50,003 nucleotides of DNA. It comes from an uncultured bacterium (GTDB lineage: Bacteria; Patescibacteriota; Minisyncoccia; Phycocordibacterales; CAINVO01). How positions within the stretch are numbered: position 1 is the stretch's first letter; every line of letters starts with the position of its first letter. The translations under genes were made by a program, and so were the position numbers. Of this stretch, positions 10,391 through 20,041 are shown piece after piece. The stretch lies in the NCBI GenBank assembly GCA_903854195.1, contig CAINVO010000034.1, positions 1 to 50,003 on the forward strand, written 5' to 3'. The notes beneath the pieces are model-generated. The model was given only the letters and a program-made list of their open reading frames with translations, did not search any database and had not been told where the DNA came from.

Positions 10391-11302
10391 CTACTTATTA
10401 GGTTTCTCGGCAAGCAAAATGTTTATAGCTTTAGTCACTATTGGCAGGATATCATTATAAAAATTAAGGTCAAGGATCTCTTTAAGATTGAACCATTTGG
10501 CATCGTCCAGCCCGCCTGAAGATTCCAACTTTAATTCAACATATTCTGCTTGCCCTAAAAAGTATGTAACCTGTTTACGAAGCTTACCTTTTTCAGGGTG
10601 AGTAGCGATATATTCATTTTTTGCGAGTTCATCTCTGATTTTGATATCCAAACCAATCTCTTCTTTAATTTCTCGCATAGTTCCCTCTTCAACATTTTCA
10701 CCTGGCTCTAATCTACCTTTTGAAAGGGTCCAATGTCCGAACACATCATGAACCATGGCAAGATAAATCTGATTCTCGTGACGGGCATAAACAACAGATC
10801 CTCCAAGTACTTCAATAGGCATTTCTTCATACGGAATATCTTTTCTAAATTTTTTCTTTTTTGAAACCTCATCTTTTCCTGGTTCACCCATTTCCTTGTA
10901 AACTGCACCAAGCACTCCGTTTACAAATTTTCCAGATGTATCTCCTCCGAAAGTCTTTGCAAGTTCGATTGCCTCATTTATTGCAACCTTCGCAGGGACT
11001 TCTTTTTTATCAGCAAAAAGAAGCTCATACAAGCCAATACGAAGAATATTTCTATCTGCAATTGCAATTTTATCAATAGGCCACTCAGGAGCTGCCTTTT
11101 CTATAATAGTGTCTAATTCTGAACGCTTCTTTAAAATATTTTGAACTAGCGTCCTCATGAATGAAAAATCTCCCATACCGGGAGCGAACTCTTCGGCATT
11201 ACGAGTAAAAATAGTCTCAATTTCAGAGTCAGGACGACTTGAAAAATCCCACTCAAAGAGTGATTGGAGAGCAATACTTCGTGAAAGATGCCTGTTTGCC
11301 AT
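10391..11302 (-). CDS. nusB: NusB antitermination factor fused to a C-terminal Nudix hydrolase
   Basis: NusB motifs DRNILRIG, VAINEAIELAK, FVNGVL; intact Nudix box GRLEPGENVEEGTMREIKEEIGL. Confidence 0.93.
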   Translation of the reverse strand: MANRHLSRSIALQSLFEWDFSSRPDSEIETIFTRNAEEFAPGMGDFSFMRTLVQNILKKRSELDTIIEKAAPEWPIDKIAIADRNILRIGLYELLFADKKEVPAKVAINEAIELAKTFGGDTSGKFVNGVLGAVYKEMGEPGKDEVSKKKKFRKDIPYEEMPIEVLGGSVVYARHENQIYLAMVHDVFGHWTLSKGRLEPGENVEEGTMREIKEEIGLDIKIRDELAKNEYIATHPEKGKLRKQVTYFLGQAEYVELKLESSGGLDDAKWFNLKEILDLNFYNDILPIVTKAINILLAEKPNK

Positions 11303-11406
11303 GTTTTGTATTAAGAACTTTAACCAACAACTGACTTATTTACCATCGAAACCAAATTTTATGAAAATTTACTAGTGTTAGCTAGTGACCGACTGAACAT
11401 TAAAAA

Positions 11407-11628
11407 CTATCTACCTTCTGCTGTCTTTATTTTTGCAGCTTTTTTATTGGCCTTTGCAAGAATATCTACAACAACTTTACCTTTGTATGTACCGCATTTT
11501 GGGCACATAACATGCTTTTCACGTGGGTTTCCACATTTTTCACACAGAGTAAAAGAAGCGCTAGCTAAAGCGTGATGAGATCGGCGGCTGCCGGTCTGTC
11601 CTCGATTGTGTCGCATGTGATTTACCAT
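11407..11628 (-). CDS. rpmF: 50S ribosomal protein L32 (Zn-binding type)
   Basis: RRSHHAL, CxxC..H..CxxCG.YKG; start reset to ATG 11628. Confidence 0.93.
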   Translation of the reverse strand: MVNHMRHNRGQTGSRRSHHALASASFTLCEKCGNPREKHVMCPKCGTYKGKVVVDILAKANKKAAKIKTAEGR

Positions 11629-11757
11629 AGGCAATAATCTATCATATTCATATAAAATTCGCAAGAATGTACACCTATCTACTCCATTTACCGCACAAAA
11701 ACACAACTAAATCACAAACAACAGCTCCCCCGACATTTTTAAAATTCTAACAAAAAA

Positions 11758-11805
11758 ACACCCAAAGGTAGTGGAGCAATAAACTGCTTCCAGACCTTTG
11801 GGTGT
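11758..11805 (-). terminator. Hairpin terminator after the Nudix-like orphan
   Basis: ACACCCAAAGGT / ACCTTTGGGTGT with T-tract on the minus strand. Confidence 0.75.
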
Positions 11806-11832
11806 GTTAAGTTAGCGAACTTTGTTCTTTGA

Positions 11833-12771
11833 CTATCCGATAAGTTGTGAAAACTTTATCTGATAGTCAACCAATACTTCTTTGTAGTTCTTGCGAACCT
11901 CAGCGTCCTCAATCGTGAGGAGTTGCAGGGTATTTAACCCAGCCTTGATGTGATGCTGAATATTCTTCTGCGATCGCGGGGCTGAAGTCAGCCAGGTAAG
12001 GAGAAGATCATTCACTTCAACCCAGGTTGGTGCACCGAGAATGTCTCCATCCTTAAGTGCGACTTTTTCTACGTTGCGGACTTTTCCGCGAACCAGGTCG
12101 TTGATGAAGAAGACTTTGTGATGCCACCCAGGCTTCTGCAAATCTCCCCGGGAGCTAAAGTAGTGAACAGGGCGCGGCCGAATTTCGACCGACATCCTGT
12201 GATCATTTGCAACTTCCCAGAACATGATTCGGTGAGCGGTCCGAGCTGGAAGCTCACCTTCCTCAACACTTCCCCCAGGAAATCGGATTGTTTTTCGGTT
12301 GACGTCCCCAAGCGGCGAATACGCCTGCACAAGGAAATAAACCTTTCCATCTTTTTTACTGTAGGTAACAACTCCGCACCATCCGGAATCCTTAGGGTCC
12401 ATCCTTACGTCAGGAGTGGAACTAAAAGTCATTTCTGCAAATGAGCTTTTAGAAAATGAGAGATTGTCTCCCTCACCTGCGTCAGAACCATCGGCCGACG
12501 AGCCTAAAGTTTTTTCAAGCTCCGGCTTCCCGACCTCGTGCCCCCTCCGAATCCTCGAAAGGTTGGCCTGGGTTGGATCAAACACAAACGTACTAGCGCC
12601 ACTCTCAAAGCGGCGACTATTATCAGTACGATGACTACCTTGTCCTTTTCGGCCGTCACGATTCGAATCGTGTTTCCGAAATTTCGTGTGTTCTGAACCT
12701 TTGTTCCTTCCACCACCGAGATCACGAGGGTCAAACGATTCCTCGTCTACAATTCTGCTTGCCTTTTTCAT
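11833..12771 (-). CDS. Nudix-fold protein with degenerate Nudix box and disordered N-terminus
   Basis: FPGGSVEEGELPARTAHRIMFWEV resembles GX5EX7REUXEE but lacks key Glu residues; flanking beta strands (VYFLVQ, HKVFFI) fit the fold. Confidence 0.6.
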   Translation of the reverse strand: MKKASRIVDEESFDPRDLGGGRNKGSEHTKFRKHDSNRDGRKGQGSHRTDNSRRFESGASTFVFDPTQANLSRIRRGHEVGKPELEKTLGSSADGSDAGEGDNLSFSKSSFAEMTFSSTPDVRMDPKDSGWCGVVTYSKKDGKVYFLVQAYSPLGDVNRKTIRFPGGSVEEGELPARTAHRIMFWEVANDHRMSVEIRPRPVHYFSSRGDLQKPGWHHKVFFINDLVRGKVRNVEKVALKDGDILGAPTWVEVNDLLLTWLTSAPRSQKNIQHHIKAGLNTLQLLTIEDAEVRKNYKEVLVDYQIKFSQLIG

Positions 12772-12864
12772 TAAAAATATCCCCTTTAGTTATAGGTATA
12801 TTGTTTTTCTCAAAGATCACCTCTGGCCCATCTGGGCCGCCATTTCTTCAAGACTCTACCTACA

Positions 12865-12893
12865 ATTGTATCACAATATTCAAAAATAGTCAA
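12865..12893 (-). promoter_or_regulatory. Sigma70-type promoter
   Basis: TTGACT-17nt-TACAAT with extended -10 TG. Confidence 0.7.
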
Positions 12894-12943
12894 TAATTCT
12901 TAGACGGTAAAACCATCATCAAAAACAATTAGGCAAAACAAAA

Positions 12944-12971
12944 AGCGGTCACACACAGGGGTGTGACCGCT
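12944..12971 (-). terminator. Intrinsic terminator
   Basis: AGCGGTCACAC / GTGTGACCGCT followed by TTTT on minus strand. Confidence 0.8.
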
Positions 12972-13014
12972 CTACAACTGTCTTGTAACCAGGTGGTTTC
13001 AGGTTGTTTGTGGC

Positions 13015-13491
13015 TTATAAAAGCTCTGACCCCTGTTTAAAAAGAACTGTAACTGCGCCCTGAAGAGCTTGAGCAAAAACAAGTGACGATGGACTCCAAG
13101 CCTGACACCTATGTTGGGTATCGAGACTTACCATTGACTCCCTTTTCGCAATTTCTACAAGCTGTTCTGGACTTAACATCTGACTTTCGGAAAGATGATC
13201 CTCTTCAATTTCGCGTTCCATCCCCAATACCAAGAGACCTACACCTACGTCCATTGTTTCGGCTTCGCGGCAAATGTTAATCAAGTTTGATTTTGCTGCT
13301 ATAAAAAGCCTCGTGCAAGAAGTCTCATTATTTCTGTCGGACCTTGTCGGATTCCAGGAACAAGAATGTTCTACCTGCCACTGAAGCAGTTTTCTTATTT
13401 TCCCAGAATCAGCAGTCCTATTTTTAAGACCTATTTCCTCAAGAAACCCGCAAAGAAAGGCTCTTGAGAAAACACAACTAGAGGATTTCAT
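13015..13491 (-). CDS. Hypothetical protein
   Basis: ORF with AGGAGG upstream of ATG 13491 (alternative start 13509) and its own terminator; no motif. Confidence 0.55.
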   Translation of the reverse strand: MKSSSCVFSRAFLCGFLEEIGLKNRTADSGKIRKLLQWQVEHSCSWNPTRSDRNNETSCTRLFIAAKSNLINICREAETMDVGVGLLVLGMEREIEEDHLSESQMLSPEQLVEIAKRESMVSLDTQHRCQAWSPSSLVFAQALQGAVTVLFKQGSELL

Positions 13492-13525
13492 ACTGGCCCC
13501 TCCTTTCATTTTTTTAAAAATCTAC

Positions 13526-14251
13526 CTATTTTTTATCACGTTTAGTTAAAAAAGTCAAACGATGTTCTGGATTTAAGCCGTTTTTATCGATAGCCTTCAT
13601 GTGAGCCATAGTTCCATACCCTTTATGTTTTTCAAAGCCATATAATAGATATTTCTTTGATAAGGACACCATCAGGTTATCTCTATCAACTTTCGCAAGG
13701 ATTGAGGCTAAAGCTATAACAGGTTCACTGTTATCACCCCTGATAATAGTCTTTTGTTTTTTAAAAATATCTGGGGCAACTAAACCACCATCAAGCAGAA
13801 CCTGAATCAAATCAAAAACATCCTCAGGTTTTTTATTTTCATCATTTTTTACAACTCTTTCAGTCACATTGTTTATAGATTTTTCTAGTGCCTTTCTTAT
13901 AGACGGAACAATCCCAATTTTATCTATTACACTTGCTTCTATATGGGTCACTGAAAAATATAAATTTTTTGCAATATTTTTATCAACTTGATTTGATTCA
14001 AAATTTTCTTTAATAAAATTTGATATTTTTTCCCTTTTTGTTGGTGTCATTTTTTTGCTATCTCTAAGACCCATTTTTATAAGCTCATCGAAATTAAAAT
14101 TTTCAATATTTATCATGACAGCACAAACTGTTACAGGTCCAGCAACTGGCCCCCTACCCACCTCGTCTATGCCAATTAGCCATTTAATATCCTTAGAAAT
14201 TTTTGTCTGATTTGCAGAATTTTCAGAAATGTTTTTTAAATTTTTTTTCAT
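13526..14251 (-). CDS. rnhB: Ribonuclease HII
   Basis: GIDEVGRGP, DSKK, LDG, ASILAKVDRD, HKGYGT. Confidence 0.97.
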   Translation of the reverse strand: MKKNLKNISENSANQTKISKDIKWLIGIDEVGRGPVAGPVTVCAVMINIENFNFDELIKMGLRDSKKMTPTKREKISNFIKENFESNQVDKNIAKNLYFSVTHIEASVIDKIGIVPSIRKALEKSINNVTERVVKNDENKKPEDVFDLIQVLLDGGLVAPDIFKKQKTIIRGDNSEPVIALASILAKVDRDNLMVSLSKKYLLYGFEKHKGYGTMAHMKAIDKNGLNPEHRLTFLTKRDKK

Positions 14252-14341
14252 CCCTTTGATTGTAGCAGATGGATAATTAATCGGATATAATGCAAAGATA
14301 AATAAAATCTAAAAATCTCTTAAACACCTCAAAACTCCAAA

Positions 14342-17300
14342 ATGTCCAAGTTTATCCACCTACATACACACAGTCACTACAGTCTACTGAGTGCCTTACC
14401 CAAGATACCCGAGCTAGTAAAAGCTGCAAAAAATGACGGAATGAAAGCTCTTGCGCTCACAGATAACGGCAACATGTACGGTGCGATTGAGTTTTACAAG
14501 GAATGTAAAAAGAAAGAAATAAATCCGATCATTGGTGTAGATTTTTATGTTGCGGCACGCACCAGACATGACAAAGAGGGTCGCCTAGATAGTCGACACA
14601 GTCGTATTGTGATGCTTGCAAAAGACATTGAAGGCTACAGAAGCTTAATCAAACTAGTCACAACCTCTAACCTTGAAGGTTTTTATTACAAACCACGCAT
14701 CGACAAAGAACTTATTGAAAAACACTCCGCGGGACTTATTTGTATTTCGTTATCCTTTAGTGGCGATATTGCTCAAGCTGTAAAAATGGATGATTTTGAT
14801 AAGGACAAGGAACTGATTGCATGGTATAAAAAAATATTCAAAGATGATTTTTATATTGAGATCACACACCATCCAGAACTAGAAGGGCATCAAGAGAAAA
14901 TGAAAAAACTTGTTGCTCTTGCGCGAGAAACTGATACTCAAATAGTTGCCGCACAAGATGTGTATTATCTAAATCCTGAAGACCAAAAAGCACGTGACAC
15001 CCTTGTGTCCGTACAAAATGATTTTGGTGGAGGAAAAGCTTCAGGTGCAGCTGGTGCCGGAAACACAGGAGGAAACGGCACGCGCGGAGGGTTTGGAAAT
15101 GACCAAGCTGACTTTTCTTTTATTAATGGAAAAACGGCTGACAAATATTTTATTGAAGAAGATGGTATTCCAGACGCCATAGAAAATTGCGAAAAAATTG
15201 CTCAGAAATGTAACTTGGAAATAACTCTTGGCAAATGGCTATTCGCCAACTTCGAACTCCCTGCAGGACAAACAGCTGATCAAGTGTTAAACGATATCGT
15301 ATACGCGGGTATAGAAAGAAGAGGTATCGAACGCACTCAGGTGGTCCTAGACCGCGTAGAATACGAACTCAAGGTCATCAGAGACAAAGGATATGCACCT
15401 TACTTTCTAACTGTGGCCGATCTTCTTAAATATGCACATGAAAACGGTATTCTTACAAACATTCGAGGATCTGTGGCCGGGTCCATGGTCACTTACCTTT
15501 CATATATTACCAACATCAATCCAATTGAGTTTATGCTACCTTTCGAGCGTTTCCTCAACCCTCTCCGTCCATCTGCTCCCGATATCGATATGGACTTTGC
15601 CGACAACCGACGTGACGAAATGATTGAGTACGCACGGAAAAAATATGGCCGCGACAAGGTTGCTCAAATTGGAACATTCGGAACCATGATGGCACGTGGC
15701 TCCGTACGTGATGTTACCCGAGCACTTGGTTTTCCTTATGCTCTTGGTGACCGTCTTTCAAAACTCATACCTATGGGTTCACAAGGTTTTCCAATGACAC
15801 TAGAAAAGGCTCTTGAAATAACACCCGAGCTTGAGAAAGCCTACAAACAAGAGAAAGATGCACATGAGATTATAGACATGGCAAAAAAAATTGAAGGCTG
15901 TGCAAGACACATTTCTGTGCATGCTGCAGGTGTCGTTATTTCTCCTGTACCACTTACTGATCTAGTACCACTCCAATACGACACCAAAGGTGATGAGAAA
16001 ATTATCACCCAGTACGACATGTACTCAGTAGATGAAAACAATGTTGGACTTTTGAAGTTTGACTTTCTTGGTATCAAAAACCTTTCTATTCTTGCAAATG
16101 CCATTGCCCTTGTAAAAAAAATTGAAGATGTAGAAGTAAACTTAGAACGAGTACCCATTGATGATTTAAAAACTTTCCAAATGCTAGCAAAGGGTGAAAC
16201 TGAAGGAGTCTTTCAGCTCAACGGTTCAGGAATGACACGTGCACTAGTCGACCTCAAACCAACAAGTATTCATGATATCAACGTGATGGTGGCGCTCTAT
16301 CGTCCAGGACCGATGGACACAATCGAAGAATACACCGCACGTAAACACGGTAAAAAACGTGTTACATATTACCATCCAAAAATGAAAAAGTTTCTGGAAA
16401 GAACATTCGGACTACTTGTATATCAAGATGACCTTTTGTACACGGCGCTTGAACTTGCTGGATACAACTGGGAAACCGTAGATAAGTTTCGTAAGGCTAT
16501 TGGTAAAAAAATTCCAGAGGAAATGGCAAAGCAACATGAAATTTTCGTAAAGGGATGTATAGAGTTCAGTGCCATGTCAAAAAAGGACGCTGAAACTATT
16601 TGGAAACTTTTTGAACCGTTCCAAGGATATGGTTTCAACAAAGCACACGCTGCGAGTTATGGACTTTTGGCATATCAGACCGGCTACATGAAAGCCAATT
16701 TCCCTGCTATTTATATGGCCGCTGTACTTACCGCTGATGCTGGAGATGTAGAAAAAATTGGAGCCTTTATTGCTGAGTGTAAGCGCATGAAAATTCCGGT
16801 ACTTCCTCCAGACATAAACGAAAGCTTCCGAGATTTTACAGTTATCAAATCTGAAACTGAAACTTTCGAAGAAACCCAACCCGATGGATCAATTATAATA
16901 AAACCACTCGAAAAAATTCGCTTTGGTCTTTTGACTATTAAAAATTTTGGAGAAAGTATTGGAAATGTCATCATCGAAGAACGCAAAAGGGGTGGACACT
17001 TCAAATCTCTAGAGGATTTTTTAAACCGAATAAAAGATCGAAACTTAAACAAAAAATCTCTAGAGGCACTCATAAAAGCCGGGGCTATGGATGCCTTTGG
17101 TGACCGTGGAGTGATGCTTGCAAATTCTGAGGATCTGCTCGAATACAACAAAGAAACACACAAGGCTCCAGCCAATCAAGATTCACTTTTTGCATCAATT
17201 CAGTCCGCTGATTCCAATGAGAACCTCCCCTCTCTTCGTCTCAAAGAAGCACCAAATGCCACACCATCAGAAAAACTTAACTGGGAAAAAGAACTACTTG

Positions 17301-17671
17301 GTTTGTATATTTCCGGACATCCATTAGACAAATATCGTCAAATACTCGACAAGAGGGATGTCAATATTTCAAAAATAAAAGGTGAATCTGCTGGAGGATT
17401 TGGACCAGGAATAAAAGAAGATAGTGAAATAGTTATTGGAGTAATCATCGAAGAAGTACGCGAAATTCTAACAAAGAAAGATCAGTCACGTATGTTATTT
17501 ATCAGAATTGCTGATTTTACAGGATCAATCGAAGCGGTAGTTTTTCCACGAACATTTGCTGAATTTAAAAATACTTTTGTTACTGACCGATGTGTTGCAA
17601 TCAAAGGAAAAGTATCAGACCGCAATGGAGAAAAGAGTGTAATCGTAGAGAGTGTGAAAGTCTTGCAATAA
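14342..17671 (+). CDS. dnaE: DNA polymerase III alpha subunit
   Basis: PHP HLHTHSHYSLL, FERFLNP, PDIDMDF, HAAGVVI, YGFNKAHA, C-terminal OB fold. Confidence 0.98.
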   Translation: MSKFIHLHTHSHYSLLSALPKIPELVKAAKNDGMKALALTDNGNMYGAIEFYKECKKKEINPIIGVDFYVAARTRHDKEGRLDSRHSRIVMLAKDIEGYRSLIKLVTTSNLEGFYYKPRIDKELIEKHSAGLICISLSFSGDIAQAVKMDDFDKDKELIAWYKKIFKDDFYIEITHHPELEGHQEKMKKLVALARETDTQIVAAQDVYYLNPEDQKARDTLVSVQNDFGGGKASGAAGAGNTGGNGTRGGFGNDQADFSFINGKTADKYFIEEDGIPDAIENCEKIAQKCNLEITLGKWLFANFELPAGQTADQVLNDIVYAGIERRGIERTQVVLDRVEYELKVIRDKGYAPYFLTVADLLKYAHENGILTNIRGSVAGSMVTYLSYITNINPIEFMLPFERFLNPLRPSAPDIDMDFADNRRDEMIEYARKKYGRDKVAQIGTFGTMMARGSVRDVTRALGFPYALGDRLSKLIPMGSQGFPMTLEKALEITPELEKAYKQEKDAHEIIDMAKKIEGCARHISVHAAGVVISPVPLTDLVPLQYDTKGDEKIITQYDMYSVDENNVGLLKFDFLGIKNLSILANAIALVKKIEDVEVNLERVPIDDLKTFQMLAKGETEGVFQLNGSGMTRALVDLKPTSIHDINVMVALYRPGPMDTIEEYTARKHGKKRVTYYHPKMKKFLERTFGLLVYQDDLLYTALELAGYNWETVDKFRKAIGKKIPEEMAKQHEIFVKGCIEFSAMSKKDAETIWKLFEPFQGYGFNKAHAASYGLLAYQTGYMKANFPAIYMAAVLTADAGDVEKIGAFIAECKRMKIPVLPPDINESFRDFTVIKSETETFEETQPDGSIIIKPLEKIRFGLLTIKNFGESIGNVIIEERKRGGHFKSLEDFLNRIKDRNLNKKSLEALIKAGAMDAFGDRGVMLANSEDLLEYNKETHKAPANQDSLFASIQSADSNENLPSLRLKEAPNATPSEKLNWEKELLGLYISGHPLDKYRQILDKRDVNISKIKGESAGGFGPGIKEDSEIVIGVIIEEVREILTKKDQSRMLFIRIADFTGSIEAVVFPRTFAEFKNTFVTDRCVAIKGKVSDRNGEKSVIVESVKVLQ

Positions 17672-17783
17672 AAATAATAAAACACCTTTTAGAGGGGCTC
17701 ACGGAGGCCGACGGGCCGAGTGTGAAGGAAAAAGTCAGCAGACTTTTTACCTGTACCCTATAAAAGGTGTTTTATTATTTTTA
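17669..17783 (+). repeat. Foldback element family A, copy 1
   Basis: 23-bp perfect arms beginning at the dnaE TAA; core GGGGCTCACGGAGGCCGACGGGCCGAGTGTGAAGGAAAAAGTCAGCAGACTTTTTACCTGTACCC. Confidence 0.93.
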
Positions 17784-17794
17784 ATGTAGAACTA

Positions 17795-18959
17795 TTACGC
17801 TATCAAACCACGATTCTTCATGTTCTCAATTTTAAACTGAGCAGCAAGACTTTGAGAATTTGATGTTGAAACATTTCCAGCAAGTTGAGCTTTGCGATTC
17901 TTACGTGCAATGAATATGTAAGTCATGAATGCACTCCACATTAGAAGTCCTAGGATAAATAGACCAACTTTCAAGTTGAAACTAATACCAGTTGCGGGCA
18001 CTTGATTTAGAAAGACACCAGCGACAGGAGTACCATTAGTAGGTGTGATATCACGAGTGACAGTTACACCAGCAGTGTTAATGTTTCCAACATTTGTGTT
18101 ACAACTTCGAGAGATGGACTGACCATCTGTAGATGTGATAGTAACTGTTGCTGTTTTGTATCCAGCTGTTGCATACATACCTGTAATACTTTGACCATTT
18201 CCATAAAGGTTATCTGATCCTGTCCAAGAATAACTGAATGATCCGCTTCCACCTGATGCAGTTGCTGACCAAGTTACTGGAGTATTAATTCCACTTCCTG
18301 TGTAAGAAACTACACAAGATCCACTCATTGCTGAATAGTTTGTAGCATTATTTCCATAATATCCATTTGGATAGTAAACACCATTGTTGTAATAGTTAAC
18401 GGCTAACTGATTATTACTATTGTTTCCATTATTATTGTTATTGTTTGAAACTATTGTTGTATTGTTTGTACTCCCAGAAGTTGTTCTTTGTGGAATATAA
18501 ACGTAGTGACTTGCCTGAGGCATATAAGTGTAACCACCGCCTGTAGAATATCCACCATTGTATGAGTAACCATGTGAAGCACATGATGAACAAGAAGATC
18601 CTGAACTATATGAACTAGTTGGTACGTATGTATCGTAGTTGGAAGTTCCTGAATATGAAGGGGTGTATGTATGTGTATGTATCGTAATTTGATGTACCAG
18701 AACTTGAGGGAGTATATGTGTAAGTATCATAGTTGGATGTACCTGAACTTGATGGAGTGTAAGTATCATAGTTGGATGTACCTGTATCATATGTATCGTA
18801 GTTGGAAGTTCCAGTATCAAAAGTATCATAATTAGATGTACCGTAATCTACTGAATCCCCTCCACCAGCATAAACTTTTACAGACAACCCGACAAAAACA
18901 ATTGAAAACACCATTATTACTGTAGTGATTTGAATTATTTTATTTAGTATATTTTTCAT
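17795..18959 (-). CDS. Repeat-rich surface protein (about 387 aa) with signal peptide, Ig/PKD-like domain and VPATG-TM-basic tail; frameshifted at about 18665-18682
   Basis: ORFs 18615..18959 and 17795..18829 carry the same GTSNYDTY repeat in different frames, switching within ACATACACATACATACAC. Confidence 0.85.
18628..18843 (-). repeat. Six intragenic GTSNYDT(Y/F) peptide repeats
   Basis: Repeated GG(T/A)AC(A/T)TCNAA(C/T)TA(C/T)GATAC units with variable spacers. Confidence 0.9.
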
Positions 18960-19020
18960 AAATTTTTCGTTAATGTTTAACCGTCAAATAGAATATCTCT
19001 TAAAATTATTTATTGATTAC

Positions 19021-19049
19021 ATTATATACTATATATTAAATAAAGTCAA
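19021..19049 (-). promoter_or_regulatory. Sigma70-type promoter for the repeat surface protein
   Basis: TTGACT-17nt-TATAAT. Confidence 0.7.
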
Positions 19050-19065
19050 TAGTTATTTAATTAAA

Positions 19066-19096
19066 AAGGGCAGCCGTCGTATTGACGTCTGCCCTT
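19066..19096 (-). terminator. Intrinsic terminator
   Basis: AAGGGCAG..CGTC / GACG..CTGCCCTT with T-tract on minus strand. Confidence 0.75.
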
Positions 19097-19113
19097 CTTC
19101 CACATCCTTATAC

Positions 19114-19893
19114 TTACTGAATGTAGGTTGAGAACCATTCGGTTCCGCGATTCCGTGACACCCTGACCGATTTCCAGTCAGGCCCATACTTGTTGATTAC
19201 CGACTGAGGTAATGCGCAGTCTGCCATAATCCCACCATTGTGACCAACTAACGCCGTCACCATGCGAGGACCTTCACCCTCGATGTTCAATGTGAGTCTG
19301 GCAGTTGTGAAGCCGCCATCGTATTTTGGGGCCAAAGTCCCCGCATTGACCATTGTCATCCTCGGCTTGGCCACCAGTCTTTCGACATTGGGCCGTCCGG
19401 GGGGGAGAACTTCTGGTTGCTGGCGATCGTCATCAACCCCAACTCCGACGAACTGCCGGTCATCGATAACCTTCCTTTGGGGAAGATCGGCGATTGCTGA
19501 GTAGGCGTAGAGCCCTGCCCAAAGAACCAGCATCAAACCGAGAAGCACCAATACCAGCACTCCAAACCCTTCCAGTACTTGACGGAGCGTTGTCCGACGA
19601 GTCGTTGTTGTGGTTGTCCGTGTTGCCCGAGGGGCAGACGGTGGAGGTGTTCCTAGATCTGGCATCGTGTTGTGCACATGCACAACAACGGGTTGCTGAG
19701 CGGCTGCTGCTTGACCTTGCGGGCGAGGAGTAGCTGCTGCGGCTGGTGTTGCAGGAGTTCCGGCAGCGGGTGCTGTTGGAACGTTTGTTGCGGCGGCGGG
19801 AGCGTTTGCACGACCACCACCACGACGAGGATTATTTCCAGTTGCCATTATCATTTGCGCCGTTATCGGGCGACTTGGTTTGTGCTTTCGCAC
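19114..19893 (-). CDS. Single-pass membrane protein with Ala/Pro/Thr-rich N-terminus (start uncertain)
   Basis: Low-complexity N-terminus, one TM helix (GFGVLVLVLLGLMLVLWAGLYAY), visibly GC-rich; own promoter and terminator. Confidence 0.7.
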   Translation of the reverse strand: MRKHKPSRPITAQMIMATGNNPRRGGGRANAPAAATNVPTAPAAGTPATPAAAATPRPQGQAAAAQQPVVVHVHNTMPDLGTPPPSAPRATRTTTTTTRRTTLRQVLEGFGVLVLVLLGLMLVLWAGLYAYSAIADLPQRKVIDDRQFVGVGVDDDRQQPEVLPPGRPNVERLVAKPRMTMVNAGTLAPKYDGGFTTARLTLNIEGEGPRMVTALVGHNGGIMADCALPQSVINKYGPDWKSVRVSRNRGTEWFSTYIQ

Positions 19894-19965
19894 TTTGTTT
19901 TAAAGGAGCGTTAGTTGGTGACCCTATTGGTCGTACTTGTTATTTTCCAATCTAACTATGCTACT

Positions 19966-19993
19966 ATTATAGCACAATACATACTTTTGTCAA
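19966..19993 (-). promoter_or_regulatory. Consensus sigma70 promoter
   Basis: TTGACA-16nt-TATAAT with extended -10 TG. Confidence 0.8.
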
Positions 19994-20041
19994 GCGATTA
20001 TAAAGTGCTATGACTGTTACATTTGAGACCAATTTTACAGC

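Noticed and set aside
17692-17760. Hammerhead ribozyme for the family A three-way junction
   Set aside because: No CUGANGA core on either strand
18628-18843. CRISPR-like tandem repeats
   Set aside because: Repeats vary at third codon positions and encode GTSNYDTY; they are protein repeats
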